A DNA stretch of 62,848 nucleotides, filler included. It is 4 parts of 4 records of this genome, joined end to end, with 100 filler letters (N's around TTAATTAATTAA, not from the genome) between each part and the next. Parts side by side here need not be neighbours in the genome. Positions count along the whole stretch, not along the records: positions 1 to 16,269 come from DRR723986_17456; positions 16,370 to 37,623 come from DRR723986_17463; 2 more parts are not named here. One strand, written 5' to 3'. Shown here piece after piece: positions 9,105 through 17,998 of this stretch. A program made the translations under genes and the position numbers. Under the pieces are notes generated by a model. It had not been told where the DNA came from, did not search any database, and saw only the letters and a program-made list of their open reading frames with translations. Position 1 is the stretch's first letter; every line of letters begins with the position of its first letter.

Positions 9105-10937
9105 TCACCAGTACTCGTAGAGCACTTGAATCTGATTGTTAACAGATTGCAATAGGCCGTTCTCGTCGTATTCAAACGTCATTACCTGGGTCTCGTCATT
9201 GCAGCTGTACATAACTTCAATCAGGCGGTCGACCTCGTAACTTGCAAATTTCAGAGTCGAAATGTCTCCCTCGGAGTCGTGTTCATACGCTAAAGTTTTA
9301 TCGGGTGGGTAGAGCCGAATCTCAGTAGGTAGCGAAGCAAAATCTTCACGACCTAAAACTGCCAGGCCGATGTCTTCTCCACGTGTCCATTCAAATCTAA
9401 ACTCGTGTTCTACCTGCACACTTTTCCAACCCTGGCCAATGTCCTCCAGAGCTAGCAGTTTGTCATAGTACCTTCCGTTTTCCGGTCTTTGCAGTCTTTG
9501 GTAGACGAGCGTCCCAGACACATCCCTGGCACCTGACCGAAGTTTTGTAAGCAGGTGTACTTCACCGGTTTCTCCTGTTAAAGGATTTAGTGCCCACATT
9601 TTAAGCGTATCCAGGTGGCCCGATTGAGTTAAACTGCAAGCTAAGTACGTCTCACCTGTGGCTGATAGTAGACGTATGGTGCGAATATCCTTGCCTTTAT
9701 AAACGGTCTCCAGCTGTTCGATTTCCAAGGCAGATATTGCTCGCCTGTACAAGTTTGGATTCCAAGCTGTTCGAACGCAAAAACTCGGATGTTTGGAAAG
9801 GAGCGAAAAGGGGAATGGAGGGGGCAAGAGTGTGACTGCCCTGTGCCTGGCAGGTTCCGCCGCGCCCGGCCCGTCCTCACTTTCAGCCTTGAACACAGGT
9901 TTGCGGGCCAATGCCGGGAATTCACTAGTGTTTAAGTAGTCGCGTATACTATCCAACGGAAGTACAACCATGCCACCTATAAAGTATGACTCAAATAAAC
10001 GAAGCTCGCTGCCGAGTGCTGCGAAATCGTCCCATGGGTCTCTTGGAAGTGCAATGACCAATAAATTTTCAGTTAAAAAGAAGTGTTCAAGCGGAGTATA
10101 GTTGTGTGTCTGTGCATATGCATGCCACTGTTCGTTTGCTAATTGAAACTGCTGTTGTACCAGGCGGTCAATCTGCGGCAAGGCATGCGTCTTGAATAAG
10201 ATGTGCTGATCAACCTGCCGGCCCGTGTTAATATCAAAACACAGATAACTCGTTAAATCCTGCCGCGAAGGCCTACCGTACATGGAGCTACCTGAAGCAA
10301 AGTAATTGAGTTCAATTGTGATGATGCCATGGCTAAAGCTGAGGATTCTGCTGCTTACAAAAACAGAACTTGTGAACCAGTCTCTTTCGGGGTCATACCA
10401 ATCGTCACTCTCTTCCTCTTCTTCCGCTTCAATCTCCGTTGAGTCGGAGCTATCCTGCTCGGATATTTGCTGGCTTGTACCTTGTTCATTGTCATTCTGT
10501 TTGATGAGATCCACCGAATCCAGCCAGACCCTCTGCCAGATACCCGGCAAGGCTAGTGTGCCATGCAGAAACGCTTGACGGATTTGTGTGTTAACCGAGT
10601 CAATTGCTACCAGCGACTGTGGATTTAATAGTTGCAGGAAGTTAATTTCAGTCGTTTCGCTGCTCCCGCCATCCACATACTCGTATTTGTATGAGTTTTC
10701 TGTAATCTGCAGTGCTCGCTTGTCACGGCCTGTGCTCATCACCTCCAGTGTATCAACTACTGAATGAAACGGCTCAAGAGCCTTCAGATCAATTTTAGCT
10801 GGTGCATCATACAGTTCTTGTGCCACCAGCTGAGAGCTTGGAATGCAAAGTATTAACACGAGTGCGAGTAGGACACAATTAAGACACTTCTGGAATGTAT
10901 CTCTTGTTTTTAACATGTTCTTCTCCAGAACGGACAT
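9105..10937 (-). CDS. Secreted DUF4163/DUF3298-like protein with C-terminal YD-like extension (P2)
   Basis: FLQL...DSVNTQI; FDINTGRQV; HFFLTENLLV; ends TFEYDENGLLQSVNNQIQVLYEYW; start likely ATG 10937 or 10916 rather than 11009. Confidence 0.72.
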   Translation of the reverse strand: MSVLEKNMLKTRDTFQKCLNCVLLALVLILCIPSSQLVAQELYDAPAKIDLKALEPFHSVVDTLEVMSTGRDKRALQITENSYKYEYVDGGSSETTEINFLQLLNPQSLVAIDSVNTQIRQAFLHGTLALPGIWQRVWLDSVDLIKQNDNEQGTSQQISEQDSSDSTEIEAEEEEESDDWYDPERDWFTSSVFVSSRILSFSHGIITIELNYFASGSSMYGRPSRQDLTSYLCFDINTGRQVDQHILFKTHALPQIDRLVQQQFQLANEQWHAYAQTHNYTPLEHFFLTENLLVIALPRDPWDDFAALGSELRLFESYFIGGMVVLPLDSIRDYLNTSEFPALARKPVFKAESEDGPGAAEPARHRAVTLLPPPFPFSLLSKHPSFCVRTAWNPNLYRRAISALEIEQLETVYKGKDIRTIRLLSATGETYLACSLTQSGHLDTLKMWALNPLTGETGEVHLLTKLRSGARDVSGTLVYQRLQRPENGRYYDKLLALEDIGQGWKSVQVEHEFRFEWTRGEDIGLAVLGREDFASLPTEIRLYPPDKTLAYEHDSEGDISTLKFASYEVDRLIEVMYSCNDETQVMTFEYDENGLLQSVNNQIQVLYEYW

Positions 10938-10989
10938 GTAGTCGTTACCATCTACAATTGGCGAAACGCTGAGAACAAAATGCGCTTGT

Positions 10990-11874
10990 TTAATCTGATT
11001 CGGCCTCAAACTTTGACTCGATCAGCTCACCGCGATTAACATCGAATGTTGCCGTCTCACTGTTTTGCAAAGGCTCGTCATTCGAATGCCTGAGTCCACC
11101 GCTGATAAACACGAATCGACAACCAGTATAGCGTGCATAGTCAAAATGAAGCTGCAGGACTCCATTCTCAAAACTGCGAACATCTGCATCAATCGAATAG
11201 TAGCCGAAACAGTCCAACCAATGGTACGCGTTGAGATCGTCTTCTTCAGAGTACTCCGGGGCTTGCTCCGGCTGATTGTACCGAGCGCCTTCTGCTTGCC
11301 GTGAGTCGGTCGCTGATTCCGGCACAACTACCGGCGCGGGCACTTCCGTTTCAAGTTCTTCTGACTCCGGCAGTAAACCCTGGTCTCTGAGAAAGGCATT
11401 CGCACGCGCGGGGGCTGACTTAAAGTATTCCGTCGGCAGATTCCTAAACAAGTCTTCAAAAAACCAGGATTGTTCAAGTGCTATCTGCGTGATTTTGGCA
11501 TTCAAACTGTCGAGAGTGCCCAGGTTCTCCGGGTTAACAAACTGCGGCACTTTGACTTCATACTCGTAGCGGCTCGGCACAATTGTGTCTTCAGTCGACT
11601 GCATCGTCTCTTGCTCAAAGAAGATCCGAAGCTGGTACATGCGCTGTTGTGTTCCACTGACTGAATCTTCAATCATAAATTCAGGCAAATCGGCGCGCAG
11701 GGAGTCGAAGAGTTCTATTGGTGCAACTTGCGGCTTTTCATCCGCCAAGGACGCAGCAGAAGACAGCAAACCTCCAACAATGGACAAGCTCAAAGTCAAG
11801 CTGCTGACATACGGGCAACACCGCCGGCGGCTAGATCCGAACCTGTTAAACTGTTTGTTCTGCGAGATATTCAT
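10990..11874 (-). CDS. Secreted DUF4163-like protein, C-terminally truncated (P3)
   Basis: VPQFVNP...DSLNAKI; ADVRSFENGVLQL; ends shortly after TFDVNRGELI and lacks the HF(Y/F)L-containing half seen in paralogs. Confidence 0.65.
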   Translation of the reverse strand: MNISQNKQFNRFGSSRRRCCPYVSSLTLSLSIVGGLLSSAASLADEKPQVAPIELFDSLRADLPEFMIEDSVSGTQQRMYQLRIFFEQETMQSTEDTIVPSRYEYEVKVPQFVNPENLGTLDSLNAKITQIALEQSWFFEDLFRNLPTEYFKSAPARANAFLRDQGLLPESEELETEVPAPVVVPESATDSRQAEGARYNQPEQAPEYSEEDDLNAYHWLDCFGYYSIDADVRSFENGVLQLHFDYARYTGCRFVFISGGLRHSNDEPLQNSETATFDVNRGELIESKFEAESD

Positions 11875-12084
11875 TCGAATTCATCTTTGTAATTATTAGG
11901 CGATTCGTAAGCAGGAAGTTAAGCGAATTCTGGCAACTATTGGCTATTCTCAGAAATATTTATGGCAGACTGGAGAGTTTGTCAGTTCCGCAACAGTGAT
12001 AAACAAAAATCAAACAAGTAAGCCACCGATTCTGAGAGGGGGCGCAGCGCTCAAGGGGAAATATTACATACACAATGCACAACA

Positions 12085-13077
12085 CTAGAAAATACGATCA
12101 AAAGCTGGGAATGCTATCGAATTTATATATGGGATCAGTTCCTTTAATGGGATTTCTATCAGTAGATTTGTGTCCTGATTAGGATAATACCAATCGGGTA
12201 CCAAAGCTCCAGATTCACTGGATAGTTGTTCTGGGGAGATGTCTTTAGGGTCGCGTGAGCCTACGCGTTTAACAATTATCAATTTCTCGGATGTGAAGTA
12301 AAAATGCCGGACGACGGCTGAGTCAAGTAAGCGGAGGTCGTCGCGGTACTTGAGCTTGCGTGCCAGAATTAGTGCTTTGTTAGTGTATGTCTGTACCAGT
12401 TCTTCCGCTCGCCTGCGCCTGCCCGGTAAAATTAACGTGTTCCATTGGATCTGCGCCCCGCTTCTCAAGTCGAAATTTACAATGACTGTTGCACCTGTAT
12501 GCGATGCCGGACCACGTGAATTTTTCTGAACATGTTCATGTCTGATCTCAAGACCAAGGAGGTTGTAGTTGATTGATTTGATATCAGCTGATACAAACTT
12601 GCTCTGATGGTGATAGTTAAATTTGTAATCTTCGGCCGGATCGGCATCTGGGTCAATCCAGCTGGGGTAGTGAATCTTTTTCACCGCAGGACCACTTGTT
12701 GCTGCAGCTTCGCGGAAATAACGAGTTAAATTGCTCTCCACGAGTGTCAGATATTTGATTGAATTGTTAATCAACTCCAGAGTTGGCCCCATCTGCGCGC
12801 CTTCGAATTGAGGGAATGCTGCATAGATTTCGTAAGCTAGTTCGTAGTTCGAAGGAGTCTCTAGACCCAATTCAGTATCACGCAGTGTATAGCTGCGCCC
12901 TACAACGCTATCCGGCCAAACAAAGGAGGGCTGGTAGTGATTCGTTTCAGTTTCAGCGATGAATTCAGCAGTACTCTTATCACTGGCCTCTAAGACTGTT
13001 AAACAGCCTGCCGTTGTGATGATATAACAGACGAGGTAAACAAGAAATTGCTTCTTAACTATTGGATGTTTTTGCAT
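12085..13077 (-). CDS. Secreted DUF4163/DUF3298-like protein (P4)
   Basis: N-terminal hydrophobic segment; FPQF...INNSI; NFDLRSGAQI; HFYFTSEKLII; IEIPLKELIPYI. Confidence 0.72.
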   Translation of the reverse strand: MQKHPIVKKQFLVYLVCYIITTAGCLTVLEASDKSTAEFIAETETNHYQPSFVWPDSVVGRSYTLRDTELGLETPSNYELAYEIYAAFPQFEGAQMGPTLELINNSIKYLTLVESNLTRYFREAAATSGPAVKKIHYPSWIDPDADPAEDYKFNYHHQSKFVSADIKSINYNLLGLEIRHEHVQKNSRGPASHTGATVIVNFDLRSGAQIQWNTLILPGRRRRAEELVQTYTNKALILARKLKYRDDLRLLDSAVVRHFYFTSEKLIIVKRVGSRDPKDISPEQLSSESGALVPDWYYPNQDTNLLIEIPLKELIPYINSIAFPAFDRIF

Positions 13078-13152
13078 GGTTTTTCTCCGTCATGTATCAT
13101 AAAACAAAGTGATGTTCAGAAATGTGAAACTGTCTCCCAATCAGGCAAACTG

Positions 13153-13830
13153 TCATTTGTCTGAACTGTCAGCAGTCATTGTCTGTTGAAAAAGCGAGTG
13201 CGATGTGCTGTCAAAGTATTCTTGTAACCTACTGATTGGTACGGAAACTTTCAGCGTTTCGCTTTCGACCTCTTCCTGCCAGAAATACGAAAGGTAGTCG
13301 GCATCGCGTACATACATTGATTGATGCTGGAGATAGAATTCACTGTCGCCGGTTGTATCAGTATCATCAGTATCATCACTATCGGTCCAACTGGGATAGT
13401 TGATCCTGGCTGAGCCGGCCTCACTGTTGTTCCACGCAGCGTGCGGCAGGTCCAGGAAACCAGACTCAAACAGTATGATGTGATTTATGCTGCGGTTAAT
13501 AGTGCGCAATTGTGGATAAGCGATTGTGTCAATAAACTGCGGGAAATGTGTGCCGAGTTCATAGGCATTCACGATGTCGAACTCTGTGCTGTATTCAAGA
13601 TGTTGATGTTGAATACGGAATTCAGTGCCTGCCACACTGTCACGGACTAATTCAAGGGCCTCTGTCGTAAAAAGTGTGTCAAGTTCTTTGAGCTCCAGTA
13701 GACTGCCGGCCACTACAGTGCTTGGGCGCAACGTTAACGCGAATGCCGAAACGGCAAGTATCACACTCAAAAGCCACATTTGCTGTTTAATACTGTGCAT
13801 GCTGGGATTCATGTTTTTCACCTCTCTCAC
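13153..13830 (-). CDS. Secreted DUF4163/DUF3298-like protein with internal in-frame deletion (P5)
   Basis: FPQF...INRSI...ESG and terminal VSVPISRLQEYFD present; central FDLxxG and HFYL motifs absent. Confidence 0.65.
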   Translation of the reverse strand: MREVKNMNPSMHSIKQQMWLLSVILAVSAFALTLRPSTVVAGSLLELKELDTLFTTEALELVRDSVAGTEFRIQHQHLEYSTEFDIVNAYELGTHFPQFIDTIAYPQLRTINRSINHIILFESGFLDLPHAAWNNSEAGSARINYPSWTDSDDTDDTDTTGDSEFYLQHQSMYVRDADYLSYFWQEEVESETLKVSVPISRLQEYFDSTSHSLFQQTMTADSSDK

Positions 13831-13899
13831 AAGTGCAATCGTACATGTTTGGTTTCATGTTGAAGTCAGGTTCTTGCAAATGTGCTATGAAATTTAACT

Positions 13900-14883
13900 C
13901 TACTCAGTGTCGCTTTTGTCTTTTTGCAATACATGCTGCAGACCGGGAAATGTTTGCAGGTCAAACAATTCCGCGAGAGATTGCAGGGGCACGGAAACTC
14001 TAAACGCTGCATCAACATCATCTTGCCAGAACGGCGTCAGGAAACCCGTTCGGGCCAAAGAATGCCACCTTCCCTGACCGCGGCGCGACTCAATGTTTTT
14101 ATAGATAATTAAGCTGTCGCCTTCGAGATAGAAGTGGTCAACTCTGTCTGGGTTTTCAATACGTCGGCTTTCATGCCGGCCCTGCGGAACGTCGTTCCAC
14201 AGCTCTTTAACAATTTCGAGTGCCGCATTCTGATTCTGCGAGCCAAACAATTTGGTCCAGCTGATGATTTCGCCCGTGTTTAAGTCAAAAGTCAATATGG
14301 AAGCAATCGAATAGTTAAATGCCGCCGCATGCATGTTTTTGCGGCTCAGGTCAAGGTCCAGACTGAAGCTGCACATCCCATGTCCAATCGAAAGTAGTTC
14401 GCCACGTAGCTCGGCGGCACGAACTTCCTGAAATGGTTCGCCGGGGCCGCCATAGTGTCCCGGTGTGTCTTCCGTTGCGGGCTGGTAAGTGTAGCGCAGT
14501 ATCACCGTATCACTCTGCATAATATGCAGTGACTTGGCCAGCGACTCCAGAACACCGGACTCAACAAGACCGACTTGTTGAATGTTTGCGTTGATATTTT
14601 GTAGTTGCCAGTCATCGCTGCCGGCCACAAACTGTGGGAAGTCCAGATAGAACTCAAAAGAGTGCTCGTAATCCTCATCCGTCATCAGTTGGATCCTCTT
14701 GTAGTGGATCCGGTACTCCCGGCCCGCCGGTTCATCCTTGACAGTGACATTCTGGCTGGAACTCAAGAGTTCACTAAAGTCTTCAAGTTTGTGCGTCTCA
14801 CCGGCCTGGAGAGGTGCCAGTCCAAAAGTCAGGATACTCAGGCAGACAAGTGTCAACTCGATTGTTAATCTATGGAAGTGCAT
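13900..14883 (-). CDS. Secreted DUF4163/DUF3298-like protein (P6)
   Basis: Signal peptide ending PLQA; FPQF...INANI...ESG; TFDLNTGEIISWTKLF; HFYLEGDSLII; VSVPLQSL. Confidence 0.72.
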   Translation of the reverse strand: MHFHRLTIELTLVCLSILTFGLAPLQAGETHKLEDFSELLSSSQNVTVKDEPAGREYRIHYKRIQLMTDEDYEHSFEFYLDFPQFVAGSDDWQLQNINANIQQVGLVESGVLESLAKSLHIMQSDTVILRYTYQPATEDTPGHYGGPGEPFQEVRAAELRGELLSIGHGMCSFSLDLDLSRKNMHAAAFNYSIASILTFDLNTGEIISWTKLFGSQNQNAALEIVKELWNDVPQGRHESRRIENPDRVDHFYLEGDSLIIYKNIESRRGQGRWHSLARTGFLTPFWQDDVDAAFRVSVPLQSLAELFDLQTFPGLQHVLQKDKSDTE

Positions 14884-14951
14884 AGGCGGCTCTAGTGTTT
14901 ATGGATTATAGTGTTTGTTCGGTTTGTCTGTTAAGTCCGTGTACTGCCCAA

Positions 14952-15977
14952 CTAATAGTGCCAATTGTGCGCCAGCGAGTTAAACATGAGATGCCCATAC
15001 TTGTCTGGATTGGCCGGGTTTCTGGTTGTGAAGTCGAACTTGATGAACTGGTGTACCTGATTCAATGCCAATGCAACGCGCAAATTGTACGGACCGAAGT
15101 CCTCCTGCTCAGGGTCTACAGCCTCCAGAAAACCAACCTCCAGGCCGCTGTAAAAGGACTCATATCCGTCGATTTCTTTGAGCTTTTTAACTACAATCAA
15201 GCTGTCCCTGATCAGATAGAAGTGGTCCAATGAAGTGCTGTCATCCAGCTCGTAGCCGGCGGCTCCGGCAAGTTCTTTTTTGCTCACGAAAGTGTGCGAC
15301 GCCAAAACCCCTGCCCGTCCCTGCTTGTTAAAGAAATCATCAGCATTCAACAATTCACCGGAGTGAAGGTCAAAAGTCATGATCGAAGTTCCATTGTACG
15401 ACAGGGGCAAACTTCCGCTGCGTTTAAAGTGAAACATTTGAGTCATCTGAATACTGAAGCAGCCATATGCCAAAGCAAGAACCTGGTAATCGATCGTAAA
15501 GTATTTTTGGATGTACATGTCCGCATAATCATCATCTTCTTCCGCTGTATCTGTTGACTCAAAATCATCTGTGAGCGGCTCAGGTTCTGACGTGTCTTCA
15601 ACTAACAAAAGCGGCATCTCTTCCATAAAGCCAGAGTTGATCAGTAGCTGCTCCTCGATGGATTTGTTAACATCGTTCAGCTGTGGATACAGGTCGGTGT
15701 CTGTAAACTGCGGGAAGGTCGCAGTCATTTCAATGAAGTCCGGATCCTCTTCCGGCGATTCAAATTCAATCGATTCGCTGTGTATGTTTAACTCGACATC
15801 TGTGACGACGTCAATAATACATGTGGGCGCGCCAATGCTGCGGATGTGCAGTCTTTCATCGCTGTCGGGCATATACTCCTCGGCAGTGACTGAGCTGCTA
15901 AACACGAGTGTTAACATCAGGATCAGAAACAAAGACATGTATGCTGCGCGGAGTGAAGTGCTGCTTAAATATTGCAT
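14952..15977 (-). CDS. Secreted DUF4163/DUF3298-like protein (P7)
   Basis: Signal peptide ending VTA; FPQF...VNKSI; TFDLHSGELLNADDFF; HFYLIRDSLIV. Confidence 0.72.
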   Translation of the reverse strand: MQYLSSTSLRAAYMSLFLILMLTLVFSSSVTAEEYMPDSDERLHIRSIGAPTCIIDVVTDVELNIHSESIEFESPEEDPDFIEMTATFPQFTDTDLYPQLNDVNKSIEEQLLINSGFMEEMPLLLVEDTSEPEPLTDDFESTDTAEEDDDYADMYIQKYFTIDYQVLALAYGCFSIQMTQMFHFKRSGSLPLSYNGTSIMTFDLHSGELLNADDFFNKQGRAGVLASHTFVSKKELAGAAGYELDDSTSLDHFYLIRDSLIVVKKLKEIDGYESFYSGLEVGFLEAVDPEQEDFGPYNLRVALALNQVHQFIKFDFTTRNPANPDKYGHLMFNSLAHNWHY

Positions 15978-16269
15978 TATGAACTGCCTTATTTGGATCG
16001 GACTTTGGGTTGTTCTACCATTGTGCCGGGAAGCACGTTCATTAATGTGACATGACTTTTCTGAGCGCTGCGCCTTCCCTGCGGGAGCGGCTTACTGTTT
16101 ATTTATGTTTGTCACTGATTCCAACGTGTCGAGTCTAAAATTAAGAGCCGGGCGAACGGGGGAAGGTAGCATTTGCTCCATGGATTAAGGTGTCCGCCCG
16201 GCTCGGAGTCGCTGAGTCTGAAGCGCTCAGCGTCAAATCTGTTAAAAGCTGTTAGCCTTAGGCTAACAG

Positions 16270-16369
16270 NNNNNNNNNNNNNNNNNNNNNNNNNNNNNNN
16301 NNNNNNNNNNNNNTTAATTAATTAANNNNNNNNNNNNNNNNNNNNNNNNNNNNNNNNNNNNNNNNNNNN
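16270..16369. other. Artificial contig spacer
   Basis: N44 + TTAATTAATTAA (stops in all six frames) + N44; composition changes across it. Confidence 0.98.
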
Positions 16370-16398
16370 AAACCTCTCAAATTTGAGAGGTTTTTTCT
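16370..16398 (+). terminator. Intrinsic terminator hairpin of an upstream gene outside the contig
   Basis: aaacctctcaa/ttgagaggttt followed by a T run. Confidence 0.7.
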
Positions 16399-16407
16399 TT
16401 ACGAGTT

Positions 16408-17232
16408 ATGACGAAAGTTTCGATTATAGGATTAGGATGGATTGGCTTGCCACTAGCTCATTTGCTTCAAAAAGCGGGTCATTCTGTCATAGGAAGTACT
16501 ACGAGTGAAGAAAAGCAGAGGGAGATTCAGGATCAAGGAGTACAGGCTATTCAATTTGCACTTGTACCTTTTCCTCAAGGCAAAGCTTTTCAGCAACTGT
16601 TCACCAGCGAAGTGCTTGTCATTAATATTCCTCCTAAATCACGTACTACTGACGGTAAATTTTATTTAGAGCAAATGAAATACCTGCGGACTATGATAGA
16701 TCAAGCAGGAATTCAAAAAGTACTTTTCGTTTCAAGTTCAGGCGTTTACCCAAGTGAATCTAGAGAAGACCCGTATAAGGAGGGGGAAGAGCTTACCGCA
16801 AAAACGACAGGAAATTTAACCCTATTGAAAGGGGAGCAAACATTTAAGAATGCGACTGAGCTGACTATTGTTAGGTTTGGTGGGTTGATTGGCGATGATA
16901 GAATTCCTGGCAAATATGTGGCAGGTAAAGAAAATGTAGCCGGGCATACGCGTGTAAACTTCATCTATAGAAGTGATGCTGCTAGAATGCTTGCTTGGAT
17001 AATAGAAAAAGAACTTTGGAATGAAACCTACAATGGTGTTGCGTCTGTGCATACAGTAAGAAAAGACATCTATGACCAAAATGTACGTGAATTGGGTTTT
17101 GAGCCTCCGAGCAGTTACCAAAATGCTTCTGAAAGTATAGATCGCCTTGTGTCAGGAGAAAAAATACTACAAACAGGTTTCGAGTTTGATTTTCCAAACC
17201 CTCTTCACTTCCCTTATTTTAAAACCAACTAA
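16408..17232 (+). CDS. NAD(P)-dependent epimerase/dehydratase, atypical SDR (YeeZ-like)
   Basis: IIGLGWIGLPLA, GSTTS, INIPP, FVSSSGVY, IVRFGGLIG, VNFIYRSD. Confidence 0.85.
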   Translation: MTKVSIIGLGWIGLPLAHLLQKAGHSVIGSTTSEEKQREIQDQGVQAIQFALVPFPQGKAFQQLFTSEVLVINIPPKSRTTDGKFYLEQMKYLRTMIDQAGIQKVLFVSSSGVYPSESREDPYKEGEELTAKTTGNLTLLKGEQTFKNATELTIVRFGGLIGDDRIPGKYVAGKENVAGHTRVNFIYRSDAARMLAWIIEKELWNETYNGVASVHTVRKDIYDQNVRELGFEPPSSYQNASESIDRLVSGEKILQTGFEFDFPNPLHFPYFKTN

Positions 17233-17567
17233 TGTAGTTTTGCTCCATTTGGTACCTGCCTTTCCACTGAGGTCAATACAATATTTCCCTCCTCGTCACT
17301 GAATCCGGTGATCAGGATTTCTGACATAAAATCAGCAATCTGTCTAGGTGCAAAGTTGCACACACAAACCACTTGTCGCCCTATTAAGTCTTCTGGTGTA
17401 TAATGAACCGTGACTTGTGCTGAGGATTTTTTAACACCAAGTTGCTCACCTAAGTCTACCCAAATTTTAAAGGCTGGTTTTTTAGCTTTTTCAAACTGTT
17501 CTACCCGCAGAATTGTACCGACGCGTAATTCTATTTTGTCAAAATCTTTGAACTCAATCGTTTGCAT
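17229..17567 (-). CDS. csaA: tRNA-binding protein / export chaperone CsaA
   Basis: DFDKIELRVGTI, AKKPAFK, KKSSAQVT.HY, NFAPRQIADFMSEIL, VPNGAKL. Confidence 0.92.
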   Translation of the reverse strand: MQTIEFKDFDKIELRVGTILRVEQFEKAKKPAFKIWVDLGEQLGVKKSSAQVTVHYTPEDLIGRQVVCVCNFAPRQIADFMSEILITGFSDEEGNIVLTSVERQVPNGAKLH

Positions 17568-17641
17568 AGTTAATTTTTTTCCTAATTTTATGAGCCCTTT
17601 ACAAAACCTTTTGTTAAAGAAAAAGGTTACATTAGCCGTAT

Positions 17642-17998
17642 ATGATCTTAAAAACTGTTTTTTCCATTAAAAATTTAACCGTTTTCGGCATAGCTGCATT
17701 TGGTTTATGCCTCTGGGCTGGCGATTCCATGGCTCAAAGCGAACGGGAGAAATCAGAAATTGAGCGTGAGAAGCCAATTACTAAGCCATTGTCAGAAAAT
17801 CACTCGGATCAAGTTGATATGCCATTGCAAGACAACTTTTCTCCTGCTTCAACAGCTCCTACTCCTATTGTAAAAACAGTTTCTCCGAAAAAAGCAGAAA
17901 ATCAAGTAAGTGGTGAAGGTAAAAAAGTCGAACCTACACCTTCGACATTATCCTTCAATATTTTTCTTTATATCGTAGATAAATTCAAGGCTGACTAA
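17642..17998 (+). CDS. Secreted hypothetical protein
   Basis: Signal peptide, low-complexity middle, C-terminal STLSFNIFLYIVDKFKAD. Confidence 0.7.
   Translation: MILKTVFSIKNLTVFGIAAFGLCLWAGDSMAQSEREKSEIEREKPITKPLSENHSDQVDMPLQDNFSPASTAPTPIVKTVSPKKAENQVSGEGKKVEPTPSTLSFNIFLYIVDKFKAD

Noticed and set aside
7262-9240. Similar 3' ends of P1 and P2 as a DGR template/variable repeat pair
   Set aside because: Differences are not adenine-specific and many are synonymous, both copies are coding, and no reverse transcriptase is present
16314-16325. Palindromic TTAATTAATTAA repeated three times in the window
   Set aside because: Centred in N runs of identical length; an artificial linker, not biology
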